Positions 16,304-24,947 of a DNA stretch of 32,000 nucleotides are shown here, one piece after another. Both the position numbers and the translations under genes were made by a program. Origin of the DNA: an uncultured Acidimicrobiia bacterium. Its GTDB lineage: Bacteria > Actinomycetota > Acidimicrobiia > Acidimicrobiales > Ilumatobacteraceae. The notes under the pieces were generated by a model, which saw nothing but the letters and a program-made list of their open reading frames with translations, did not search any database and was not told the origin of the DNA. The stretch covers positions 37,322-69,321 of the forward strand of contig CAVWJT010000003.1 in the NCBI GenBank assembly GCA_963755235.1. Direction: 5' to 3'. The stretch's first letter is position 1; every line of letters starts with the position of its first letter.

Positions 16304-16855
16304 GTGGAGGAGGACCTCGACCTCGAGACGTGCATCGGCCGAACCGCGGCCGGCGACCAGGTGGCGTTCGCCTCGCTGTACGACCAGCTGGCGCCGACGG
16401 TGTTCGGCGTGGCGCGCCGCGTCCTGCGCGATCCGAGCCAGGCCGAGGAGGTCACCCAGGAGGTCTTCACCGAGATCTGGCGGCAGGCGACTCGATTCGA
16501 CGCCGGTCGCGGGAGCGTCCGAACGTGGGCGGTCACCATCGCCCACCGGCGGTCGGTCGACCGCGTACGCAGCGAGCAGGCGCACCGCGATCGCCAGAAC
16601 CGCACCGCCGCGGTCGAGCTCGCCGGCGACCCCACTCCCGAGGACAATGCCCTCGACGCCGAGGATCGGGAGCGGGCGCGGGCGGCCATGGCGGAACTGT
16701 CCGATGCCCAGCGCGAGGCCCTCGAGCTGGCGTTCTACGACGGGCTCACCCACGTCCAGATCGCCGAGCACCTGGGGATCGCCCTGGGAACGGTGAAGAC
16801 CCGGATCCGTGACGGATTGATCCGGATCCGGGCCACGATGGGAGTCCACCCATGA
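16304..16855 (+). CDS. sigK: ECF RNA polymerase sigma factor, SigK-like
   Basis: Region 2 is 'FASLYDQLAPTVFGVARRVLRDPSQAEEVTQEVFTEIWRQATRFD' and region 4 is 'LSDAQREALELAFYDGLTHVQIAEHLGIALGTVKTRIR'. It is followed by, and overlaps (ATGA), an RskA-type anti-sigma gene. The start is GTG 16304 or upstream ATG 16199. Confidence 0.85.
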   Translation: MEEDLDLETCIGRTAAGDQVAFASLYDQLAPTVFGVARRVLRDPSQAEEVTQEVFTEIWRQATRFDAGRGSVRTWAVTIAHRRSVDRVRSEQAHRDRQNRTAAVELAGDPTPEDNALDAEDRERARAAMAELSDAQREALELAFYDGLTHVQIAEHLGIALGTVKTRIRDGLIRIRATMGVHP

Positions 16856-17604
16856 GTGCGACAAATGACGAAGAACTGCGCGAGCTGCTCGCCCTGGAAG
16901 CGGTCGGGGCCTTGAGCGACACCGAGCGCGCCGAGCTCGATGACGCCATCGAGGGGCGGCCCGAACTGCGCGCCGAGCTGGAGTCCTTGCGCGGCGCGGC
17001 GGCGACGATGGCTGACGCGGTCAGTGCGCCGCCTCCGCCGAGCCTCCGGGCGCGGGTACTCGACGAGATCGCGACCACGCCGCAGGAGCCGGCATTCCCC
17101 GCGCCCGAGCCCACCTCCGTTCCGGAGCCGCCCCCGGCGCCGGTCGTCCCCATCACGTCGGCTCGCCGCCACCGTTGGGTGCGCTGGACTGCGATCGCGG
17201 CCGCCGCGGCGGCCGCGGCGATCGGCGTGCTCGTCGTGTCGCCGTTCGGCGGCGACGACGCCGGCGACCATGTCGCCGAAGTGCTGGAGGACCCGAACGC
17301 GACCACGATCGAGCTCACGGGCGAGCTGTCCGGGCTGCGCCTCGTCCACTCCGAGGCGGCCAACGCCACGGTGCTGGAGGGCACCGGTGTACGGGCGCCC
17401 GAAGGCGACGACGTCCTCGAGCTGTGGCGCATCGCCGCGGGGACGGCGCCTGAGCCTGTCATCAGGGAGTTCCGGCCCGAGGACGGGATGGTCGTCGAGC
17501 TGATGGAAGGCGTGGACCCCGGGGACGACGTGTTCGCGGTCACGATCGAACCGGCGGGCGGCAGCGACGAACCCACCAGCGACCCCGTCGCCGCCACGGC
17601 CTAA
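16852..17604 (+). CDS. rskA: anti-sigma-K factor RskA
   Basis: The N-terminal sigma-binding helix is 'ELRELLALEAVGALSDTERAELD'. A single TM segment 'WTAIAAAAAAAAIGVLVV' follows. The C-terminal RskA domain ends 'VFAVTIEPAGGSDEPTSDPV'. Confidence 0.85.
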   Translation: MSATNDEELRELLALEAVGALSDTERAELDDAIEGRPELRAELESLRGAAATMADAVSAPPPPSLRARVLDEIATTPQEPAFPAPEPTSVPEPPPAPVVPITSARRHRWVRWTAIAAAAAAAAIGVLVVSPFGGDDAGDHVAEVLEDPNATTIELTGELSGLRLVHSEAANATVLEGTGVRAPEGDDVLELWRIAAGTAPEPVIREFRPEDGMVVELMEGVDPGDDVFAVTIEPAGGSDEPTSDPVAATA

Positions 17605-17614
17605 TCTTTCGGCC

Positions 17615-18917
17615 ATGGCCGAAATCACCGCGCCGGCGACGGCCGTCGCCGGGACGCTCGCGCCGTTGCTCTCCGCCGTGATCGGCGAAGACGCCCCGGT
17701 GCGTATCGAGTTCTGGGACGGCAGCAGCCTCGGTCCGCCGGCCGGCGATCCTCGCTCTGGGGGCACCCTGCGCGTGCTGTCCGCCGACGCGGTGCGGCGC
17801 ATCCTGTGGAGCCCGAACGAGCTCGGCCTGGCCCGGGCGTACGTGGCGGGCGAGCTCGAGGCCGACGGCGACGTGTTCGCGATCCTGGAAGCGTTGCGCG
17901 ATCGCCCCCCGCCGAGTCTGCGGTTCGGTCGTGTCAGCGGCGCCGCTCGCGATCACGGCTGCTCGCAAGCTCGGTCTCGTCGGTCCGCCGCTCGCCCCGC
18001 CGCCCCTCGAGGCCCGCTTGCACGGTTGGCGCCACTCGCGCCGCCGGGACGCCCGGGCCATCGGCCACCACTACGACGTGGGCAACGACTTCTACCGCCT
18101 CGTGCTCGGGCCGTCGATGACCTACTCGTGTGCCCGGTTCGCCTCCAATGACATGGACCTGACGCAGGCGCAGGCGTCCAAGCACGAGCTGATCTGTCGC
18201 AAGCTCGGCCTTCCCGAACAGCCCGGGGCGCGCCTGCTCGACGTCGGTTGCGGATGGGGCTCGATGGCGATTCACGCGGCGACCCATCACGACGCCCGCG
18301 TCGTGGGCATCACGATCAGCCGTCCGCAGGCCGAGCTCGCCAGCAAGCGGGTCGCCGATGCCGGCGTCGGCGACCGGGTGGAGATCCGCCTCCAGGACTA
18401 CCGCGAGCTGGCCGGCGAGCGGTTCGACGTGATCTCCTCGATCGGGATGTCCGAGCACGTCGGGAAGGCGAACCTGGAGTCGTACTACCGGATCCTCCAC
18501 GATGCGCTGCGACCAGAGGGTCGCCTGCTCAACCATGCGATCAGTTCCGTCGGCGGGTCGCGACTCGGGCGCACCTCGTTCATCGCCCGCTACATCTTCC
18601 CGGACGGGGAGCTCATCGACGTCGGCGACGCCGTCCTGGCGATGGAACGGGCCGGCTTCGAGATCCGCGACGTCGAGTCGCTACGCGAGCACTACACCCG
18701 CACGTTGCGGGCGTGGGTCGCCAACCTGGAGGCGCACTGGGAGGAAGCGGTCGGGCTCGTCGGCGAGGCCCGCGCCCGCGTGTGGCGGCTGTACATGGCC
18801 GGGTCGGCGATCGGGTTCACCGACGGCGGGGTCAACATCCACCAGGTCCTCGGTGTCGTCCCCGCAGCCGGCGGGGCGAGCGGCATGCCGCCGACCCGCC
18901 GAGGGTGGGACACCTAG
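17615..18917 (+). pseudogene. cyclopropane-fatty-acyl-phospholipid synthase family methyltransferase (UfaA1-like), frameshifted
   Basis: The N-terminal ORF (17615-18151) is conserved to about 'AILEALRDR'. The second ORF (17931-18917) carries 'HYDVGNDFYRLVLGPSMTYSCA…LLDVGCGWGSMAIHAA…SIGMSEHVG'. The frame break lies between the C6 run at 17905-17910 and about 17940. Confidence 0.85.
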
Positions 18918-21152
18918 TCGGACAGCGAACGGGACGGTCGGGCGGTCGAACTCGCGCTCACCGGCTTCGATCGCGTCGAGGAGGTGGATCGCGACGTCGG
19001 CGACCCTGACGTCGTCGCCGGCACCAGCGGCCTTGGTGCCGTCGTCGAGCATGATGTAGCAGAACGGGCACGCCGTGGCGATCCGGCTGGCGCCGGTCTG
19101 CAGCGCCTCCTTCGCCCGCTCGTCGTTCACCTTCACCCCGACTGACTCCTCCATCCACATGCGCGCGCCACCGGCGCCGCAGCACATGCCCTTGGTGCCG
19201 TTGCGCGGCATCTCGACGACCTCGACCCCCTTGATCGAGCCGACCACCCGGCGGGGCGCGAGATACACGTCGTTGTGGCGGCCGAGGTAGCACGAGTCGT
19301 GGTACGTGATCCGCTCCTCGAGCGTGGCCTGGCTCACGTCGAGGCGTCCGTCGGCGATCAACGATTCGAGCAGCTGAGTGTGATGGACGACGTCGTAGTG
19401 CCCGCCGAGCTGCGGATACTCGTTGCGCAAGGTGTTGAAGCAGTGGGGGCACTGCGTGATGATCTTGCGCACGCCCATGCCGTTGAGCATCTCGACGTTG
19501 GGCATCGCGAGCATCTGGAAGAGGTACTCGTTGCCCGACCGCCGGGCGGGATCGCCGGTGCACATCTCCGACGGCCCGAGCACGGCGACGTCGATGCCGG
19601 CCCGTCGCAGCAGCTTCGCCATCGCCTGGGTCACGCGCTTGTTCTTGTCGTCGAAGCTGCCCGCACAGCCGACCCAGTAGAGGTACTCGGCCGTCAACGG
19701 CTCGCCCGGCTCGACGACGTCGACGTGATCGAGGCCCTTGGCCCAGTCGGCGCGGTCGCCCTGGCTCATCCCCCACGGATTGCCCTGGTTCTCCATCCCC
19801 CGGTAGGCGTTACCCAGTTCGGTCGGGAAGTTCGACTCCATCAGCGACAGGTACCGCCGCATGTCGAGGATCTTGTCGAGGATCTCGATGTTCACCGGAC
19901 ACGCCTCGTCGCAGGCCCGGCACGTCGTGCAGGCCCAGAGCTCCTCCGACGTGATGCGCTCGAACAAGGAGTTGGCGCTGACCGTGATGTCGCCGTCGGT
20001 GCCGAGCGGCGGGGGCACGACCGGGTCCCCGGTGGCCGCCATCACCTCGCCCGTCTTGAGCACGATCTCGCGCGGGTCGAGCGGCTTGCCCGTGGCGTGG
20101 GCCGGGCACACGGCGGTGCACCGGCCGCACATCGTGCAGGCGTCGGTGTCGAGGAGCTGCTTCCACGTGAAGTCCTCGACCACGGACGCGCCGAACGTCT
20201 CCAGCTCGGTCTCGGCGAGGTTGGGCATCGGTTTCATCGCGCCCTTCGGGCGGTCGTGATCGCGGAGGTACATGTTCAACGGCGAGGTGAACATGTGGCG
20301 GAGCATCGTCAGCGGCAGGATCGCAAGGAAGGCGACGAACAGGGCGACGTGACCGATCCACCACCACTGGTGCCACATCTCGAGCGTCGACGCCGACCAC
20401 CCGTCGACGAGCCCGCTCAGGGGATAGCCGACGAAGCTCCACTCCTCGTATTCGATGTCGACGCCGGACAGAGTCGCCGAACCGAGGGCGATGCGGAACA
20501 TCTCCGCCCCGAAGCCGGTCAGGCCGATCAACAGGAGCACGCCGAGGATCACGGCGTGCTCGGGCTTGGTCTTGATCCGGATGCGGTAGGGGCGCTGCAC
20601 GTAGCGCCGAGCGATGGCCCACACCAGGCCAGCGACGAAGACGACTCCGGCGGCGTCGCCCACCGCGGCGTACGCCTGGTACGTGCGACCGTGCAGGAAC
20701 TTCATGCTCTCCGGCAACTGATGGTCGATCTCGAGGACCGTCGTCACGGCGAGCAGGACGAGGAAGCCGAAGTAGATCATCGAGTGCATCAGCCCGGCGG
20801 CCGGGTCCCGCAGCAGGGTGCGCATGTAGACGCCGGCGCGGTAGTCGCCGAAGCGACGTTTGGCGTTGGCCATCGTCGTGCGGCGGGTCGGCGCGGGGCG
20901 ACCGCGCTCCCAGTTCTTCACCCGGTCGGCGAACCGGAATGCTCCCCACGCCAGCATCACCGGGATCACCGTGTAGAAGGCCAGCTGCAACGGCCCGGGG
21001 ACGTTGGTGAAGACCGCCCGCTGGATCGGGCTGTCGTCGTGCCACTCGGTGATCAGGGGCACGACTCCCGAGAGCACGGTGAACACCGCGAAGGCGATCC
21101 CGAGCCCGATGACCAAGTGGCGCGGCCGCATCGGTCTCACTGCCGACTGCAT
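18681..21152 (-). CDS. membrane-bound (Fe-S) oxidoreductase, HdrD/DsrK-like with N-terminal multi-TM domain
   Basis: An N-terminal domain of about 300 aa has several TM helices. Two ferredoxin motifs are present ('CTMCGRCTAVCP', 'CTTCRACDEACP'). Two CCG-type Cys-rich domains are present ('YWVGCAGSF', 'GMCCGAGG', 'ACPFCYIML'). The last 80 aa or so look non-coding and overlap the convergent gene, so the true 3' end is probably near 18915-18960. Confidence 0.85.
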   Translation of the reverse strand: MQSAVRPMRPRHLVIGLGIAFAVFTVLSGVVPLITEWHDDSPIQRAVFTNVPGPLQLAFYTVIPVMLAWGAFRFADRVKNWERGRPAPTRRTTMANAKRRFGDYRAGVYMRTLLRDPAAGLMHSMIYFGFLVLLAVTTVLEIDHQLPESMKFLHGRTYQAYAAVGDAAGVVFVAGLVWAIARRYVQRPYRIRIKTKPEHAVILGVLLLIGLTGFGAEMFRIALGSATLSGVDIEYEEWSFVGYPLSGLVDGWSASTLEMWHQWWWIGHVALFVAFLAILPLTMLRHMFTSPLNMYLRDHDRPKGAMKPMPNLAETELETFGASVVEDFTWKQLLDTDACTMCGRCTAVCPAHATGKPLDPREIVLKTGEVMAATGDPVVPPPLGTDGDITVSANSLFERITSEELWACTTCRACDEACPVNIEILDKILDMRRYLSLMESNFPTELGNAYRGMENQGNPWGMSQGDRADWAKGLDHVDVVEPGEPLTAEYLYWVGCAGSFDDKNKRVTQAMAKLLRRAGIDVAVLGPSEMCTGDPARRSGNEYLFQMLAMPNVEMLNGMGVRKIITQCPHCFNTLRNEYPQLGGHYDVVHHTQLLESLIADGRLDVSQATLEERITYHDSCYLGRHNDVYLAPRRVVGSIKGVEVVEMPRNGTKGMCCGAGGARMWMEESVGVKVNDERAKEALQTGASRIATACPFCYIMLDDGTKAAGAGDDVRVADVAIHLLDAIEAGEREFDRPTVPFAVRLGVPPSAGRRHAARPAGCGDDTEDLVDVDPAVGEPDRRPGHVQPPHAGAGLADEPDRFLPVRLQVGDPRPQRAGVVLA

Positions 21153-21156
21153 CCTG

Positions 21157-21582
21157 TCAGCCGTAGTAGGCGCGGTCGAGTTCGCGGATCCGGCCGGCGA
21201 GGCCGGCGAGCAGCTTGTGGCCGATCGTGGGCACGTCGTCGAGCACGGCGAGGAAGTGCCGCTGCGAGATCACGAAGAGCGTGCAGTCCGTCTCGCACAC
21301 GGCCGTGGCGGTGCGCGGGCCGTGATCGAGCAACGACAACTCCCCGACGATCGCGCCGGGGCTGAGCTCGGCCACCTTCCGCCCGTTGCGCTTGACCGAC
21401 ACCGTGCCGTCGAGGATCACGAACGCTTCGCGTCCCGTCTGGCCCTGGTCGACGACGAGGCTGCCCGCGGTCATCTTGATCTCGTCGCCCGAGCGAGCGA
21501 TCCGCTCGAGCTCCTTGCGCGTGCATCCGGAGAACAGCGACACATTGCGCAGGTGGTCGACGTACGCCTTTTTGCTGGCCAT
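21157..21582 (-). CDS. stand-alone cyclic-nucleotide-binding domain protein
   Basis: The 141-aa ORF has 'LRNVSLFSGCTRKELERIA…GREAFVILDGTVSV…GAIVGELSLLDHGPRTATAV', including the GEL…RTA phosphate-binding cassette. There is no DNA-binding HTH. Confidence 0.85.
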   Translation of the reverse strand: MASKKAYVDHLRNVSLFSGCTRKELERIARSGDEIKMTAGSLVVDQGQTGREAFVILDGTVSVKRNGRKVAELSPGAIVGELSLLDHGPRTATAVCETDCTLFVISQRHFLAVLDDVPTIGHKLLAGLAGRIRELDRAYYG

Positions 21583-21623
21583 CGTCCGACTCTAGGCGGT
21601 CGCGTCGGCGGTGCCGGACTTGG

Positions 21624-22376
21624 TCAGGTCCCCGCCTGCCGGGCGACAGCCTCGGCGGCCGCGGCGATGGCCTCGGCGTCGCCGATGTACTCGGCGGAGC
21701 GCACGCCGAGGTCGGCGTCGAACTCGTACCGCCGCGGGACGCCGGTCGGGATGTTGACCGCGGGGATGTCCTCGGCCGACACCCCCTCGAGGTGCATCAG
21801 GAGGGCGCGCAGCGAGTTGCCGTGGGCCGTGACCAACACGTCGAGCCCGGCGAGGAGTTGGGGCGCGATCACGTCGTGCCAGTAGGGGAGGACGCGCGCG
21901 ACAACGTCGCGCAGGCACTCCGTCGCCGGCAGCACGTCGGGCGGGAGCAGTCGGTAGCGACGGTCGTGGGCCGGGTGCTCGGGATGGTCGGGCGTGAGCG
22001 ACGGCGGTTGGACGTCGAAGCTGCGCCGCCACAGGAAGGTCTGCTCGGGGCCGTAGCGCTCGGCGGTGGCGCGCTTGTCGAGCCCCTGCAGCGCGCCGTA
22101 GTGGCGTTCGTTGAGACGCCAGTGCCGCTGTACGGGGAGCCAGCCCTGGCCCATCTCGGCGAGGGCGAGGATCTGCGTGTCGACGGCCCTGATCAGCACC
22201 GATGTGTGCGACGTGTCGAAGCAGAGGCCGGCCTCGGCCATCCCCCGGCCGGCCGCCCGAGCCTCCTCCTCGCCCTGTGGGGTGAGCGGGACGTCGTGCC
22301 AGCCGGTGAAGAGGTTCTCCAGGTTCCACGTGCTCTGGCCGTGGCGCAGCGTGACGAGGGTTCCCGGAAGGGCCAT
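21624..22376 (-). CDS. gpmA: 2,3-bisphosphoglycerate-dependent phosphoglycerate mutase
   Basis: '[26 protein letters not shown]…[16 protein letters not shown]…[12 protein letters not shown]' is a typical dPGM. ATG 22376 gives the usual short N-terminus, although the ORF opens at 22406. Confidence 0.9.
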   Translation of the reverse strand: MALPGTLVTLRHGQSTWNLENLFTGWHDVPLTPQGEEEARAAGRGMAEAGLCFDTSHTSVLIRAVDTQILALAEMGQGWLPVQRHWRLNERHYGALQGLDKRATAERYGPEQTFLWRRSFDVQPPSLTPDHPEHPAHDRRYRLLPPDVLPATECLRDVVARVLPYWHDVIAPQLLAGLDVLVTAHGNSLRALLMHLEGVSAEDIPAVNIPTGVPRRYEFDADLGVRSAEYIGDAEAIAAAAEAVARQAGT

Positions 22377-22446
22377 ACGTCTTCGCACGGTAGGCGCGGC
22401 GACCACGTGGGTTTAGATCCGAGCGCAAACGTGTACGGTCGATCGC

Positions 22447-22632
22447 ATGAGCATCTCGAACGAGGACATCAAGGCTGACTGGGAGCTCGGGGACACCATC
22501 GCCATCTCGATGGATGGCGACGGCGACGGGTCCGACGCCGATGGCACCGACGGCGATGGCTCCGACGGCGACGGCTCCGATGGTGATTCCTCCGACGGCG
22601 ACGGCAGCGACGCCGACGGTGGCGACGCCTGA
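22447..22632 (+). CDS. small acidic protein (61 aa) with seven Asp/Gly pentad repeats
   Basis: It has an ATG start and high GC3. The N-terminus is 'MSISNEDIKADWELGDTIAISM'. It is followed by DG-(DGDGS)(DADGT)(DGDGS)(DGDGS)(DGDSS)(DGDGS)(DADGG)-DA. No signal peptide and no known family are evident. Confidence 0.55.
   Translation: MSISNEDIKADWELGDTIAISMDGDGDGSDADGTDGDGSDGDGSDGDSSDGDGSDADGGDA
22513..22629 (+). repeat. 15-nt tandem repeat (GAC GGC GAY GGC TCC-like) encoding the D-x-D-G-x pentads
   Basis: About 7.8 imperfect units can be read directly in the sequence. Confidence 0.85.
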
Positions 22633-22641
22633 ACCAACCCG

Positions 22642-23871
22642 TTGAACTTGTCGGCACGTGGGCGACGTGCCGTCTCCCTCATCGGGACGCGCCCGGTCTC
22701 GTCGACCTGGTCGCCGACCCGCCTCGGTTCATCGAGGCCGACCTCTTCCGCCGGCCAGTGTTCTCTTCGCGGCTGGACGCAGGACGGGAACCGGATCGAT
22801 TTGCGACGGCGGACGGACTTTGGACCAATGCCCTCGCTCGCGGGTCGCGCACGCCCGCGTTCCGGCTCGTCCGCGCCGGTGCGACCCTGCCGCCCGGCGC
22901 GTACTGCCGCGCCGCCGGGATCGGCCACCGCACGATCGACGATGTGATCCAGCCCAACCGGGTCCTCGAGCTGTACGCCGAGGGGGCGACGATGGTGCTG
23001 CAGGGCCTGCAGCTGACCGACCCGGTGCTCGCTCGGGCCGCCAACAACCTCGCCCTCGCCCTCGATCACCCGGTACAGATCAACGCCTATCTCTCGCCGG
23101 CGGCGGCGCGGGGCCTCGAGCTGCACTTCGACTTCCACGACGTGTTCGTGCTCCAGCTCGACGGGACGCAAGCGCTGGCGGGTGTGGGCGCCACTGCCCC
23201 GTACCCGGGACCCGGTCCGCACCGGCAGGAAGATCCCGCTGCCGACGCTCGACGAGCTCGGCGAGCCGATGCTCGACCTGACGCTCACGAGCGGCGATTG
23301 CCTCTACCTGCCGCGCGGCTTCCCGCACGCCGCCGAGACCATCGACTCGGCGTCGTCGCACCTGACGATCGGTGTGCTCGCGATCACCTGGCAGCGCGCC
23401 TTCCGCCGGGCCCTCGACGCGGCCGTCGCGGCCGGGGATCTCACCGCCTCGATCCCGGCGCGCAGCCTCGACGCGACGCTTCCGCAGCCGCCCGATCCGT
23501 CCCGGCTCGGGAGCCATCTCGATCCGGCGAGCCTGCGCCCGTGGCTGGCCAAGGAGATCTGGCATCGCCAGCCGGCGACCCGCCTGCGACCGCTGGCGCC
23601 GCCCGAGATCAGGGTCGACACGCCAGTGGCGCTCACACCCGGCCCGTTGCTGTGGCTGACGACGATGACCCGGTCGACCGGATGCCGCGCCGTGTTCGGG
23701 CTCGGTGACCGCGAGCTCGACCTCCCCGCCGAGGTGCACCCGTTCCTTGCCGAGTTGCTCGCCCGTCCGGAATCGTTCGTCGCCGCCGCGGCCGCGGGCG
23801 ACCTGGACAACGCCTCGCGCCTGGCGGTCGTCCAGCGCCTCGCCGTCGAGGGGGTGATCGTTCCTGCCTAG
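22642..23871 (+). pseudogene. JmjC/cupin-4 family oxygenase-like protein, frameshifted (at least one, probably two breaks)
   Basis: One frame reads 'LVDLVADPPRFIEADLFRRP…ATMVLQGLQ…HPVQINAYLSP…LELHFDFHDVFVLQLDGT'. A second frame reads 'KRWRVWAPLP…GDCLYLPRGFPHAAET', with one extra nucleotide at about 23169. The conserved N-terminus has no start codon in its own frame. A TTG at 22642 in another frame suggests a second indel near 22690-22696. Confidence 0.7.
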
Positions 23872-23968
23872 CCGCCCGACCCGATTCGAGTGCGCGGTCG
23901 CCTCCGCTGACCGCGCCGAGCCACTGTGGGCCACCGCTTCCCAGGTCAAGGCGTGGCTGCTCATCGAG

Positions 23969-24802
23969 GTGCACGGCGCCTGGGGTCGCGACGCGGTGGA
24001 CGAGAGCGAGCTCGGCCCGCACGCCCCGCCGATCTGGCGCAACGCGATGCGCGCCCGGGGCATCCGCGTGATCACGATCCGGCGCGACCTCGACACCCAC
24101 CACCACGCGCCGGCGAGAGGGGTTCGCCTCGTCCACGTCGTGGCGGGCCGACCGGGGGCGACGGCGACAATGGCGCGCCGCCGGATCGTCGATGACCTCC
24201 ACCAGGTCGTCACCGCCACCGAGTCGTTGGCGTCGGGGGCCGGCTCCGGCGCGGGTTGGGAGGACGACGACACGCCGTATGCGCTGGTGTGCACGAACGG
24301 CCGCCACGACCCGTGCTGCGCGACGTTCGGCCGGCCCCTGGTGCGCACACTCCGCGGCTCCCGATGGGCCGACCGGGTGTGGGAGTGCTCCCACATCGGT
24401 GGTGACCGCTTCGCCGGGAACCTGCTGTTGCTGCCCGAGAGCCTGTACTTCGGTCGCTGCGACGGAGCGGCGGCCGAGCGGGTGCTCGCCGCGTACGACG
24501 CCGGCCGGATCGACCTGGCCTGGTTCCGCGGCCGTTCGTCCTTGAACCTCGTCGAGCAGGCCGCGGAGCACTTCGTGCGCACCGAGCTCGCGCTCGACAC
24601 GCTGGACGCGATCGCCTCGATCGAGTCGATCGGCGACGGGCAGGTGGCCGTGGGGCTCGCCGACGGCGCCCGGGGTGACAAGACCGTCGTGGTCACGGTG
24701 GAGAAGGCACGCCGGCCGGCGCCGACGCCGCTGACGTGCAAAGGAGCCGAGGGGCTGACGTTCCCCGAGTTCCGGCTGGTCGCCCTCGCCCCTCGCTCGT
24801 GA
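23969..24802 (+). CDS. sucrase/ferredoxin-like (thioredoxin-fold, putative Fe-S) family protein
   Basis: 'YALVCTNGRHDPCCATFGRPL' and 'CSHIGGDRFAGNLLLLPESLYFGR' are hallmarks of the family. Family-like sequence ('RFECAVASADRAEPLWATASQVKAWLLIE') continues upstream in frame to about 23882. No ATG, GTG or TTG occurs there, so the true start is unresolved. Confidence 0.75.
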   Translation: MHGAWGRDAVDESELGPHAPPIWRNAMRARGIRVITIRRDLDTHHHAPARGVRLVHVVAGRPGATATMARRRIVDDLHQVVTATESLASGAGSGAGWEDDDTPYALVCTNGRHDPCCATFGRPLVRTLRGSRWADRVWECSHIGGDRFAGNLLLLPESLYFGRCDGAAAERVLAAYDAGRIDLAWFRGRSSLNLVEQAAEHFVRTELALDTLDAIASIESIGDGQVAVGLADGARGDKTVVVTVEKARRPAPTPLTCKGAEGLTFPEFRLVALAPRS

Positions 24803-24838
24803 ACCCGGTCAGCCAGCGATGCGGCGGCCGATGCACGC

Positions 24839-24877
24839 GGTGAGCAATCGGTGCCGCATGGGCGCTCACTGCTCACA
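24839..24877. repeat. 39-bp dyad-symmetric intergenic repeat, copy 1
   Basis: The sequence is GGTGAGCAATCGGTGCCGCATGGGCGCTCACTGCTCACA. GTGAGCA and TGCTCAC form a 7-bp inverted repeat, and there is a second internal GCTCAC. Confidence 0.85.
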
Positions 24878-24899
24878 TCGGGCGTCGGTCGTTGACCGT

Positions 24900-24938
24900 G
24901 GTGAGCAATCGGTGCCGTATGGGCGCTCATCGCTCACA
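24900..24938. repeat. 39-bp dyad-symmetric intergenic repeat, copy 2
   Basis: The sequence is GGTGAGCAATCGGTGCCGTATGGGCGCTCATCGCTCACA. It is identical to copy 1 at 36 of 39 positions and lies 61 nt downstream. Confidence 0.85.
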
Positions 24939-24947
24939 ATGTGCGAG

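Noticed and set aside
14833-16689. A 618-aa minus-strand ORF opposite dcd and sigK.
   Set aside because: It is antisense to two well-supported genes. It also spans the hairpin-rich intergenic region and has off-frame composition.
19275-21365. A 696-aa plus-strand ORF opposite the Fe-S oxidoreductase.
   Set aside because: The minus strand carries the CxxCxxCxxxCP and CCG motifs and the TM helices. The plus-strand translation has no motifs and shows shadow composition.
24839-24938. The two 39-bp repeats read as a CRISPR array.
   Set aside because: There are only two repeats and the spacer is only 22 nt. No cas genes lie nearby, and the flanks are duplicated gene fragments.
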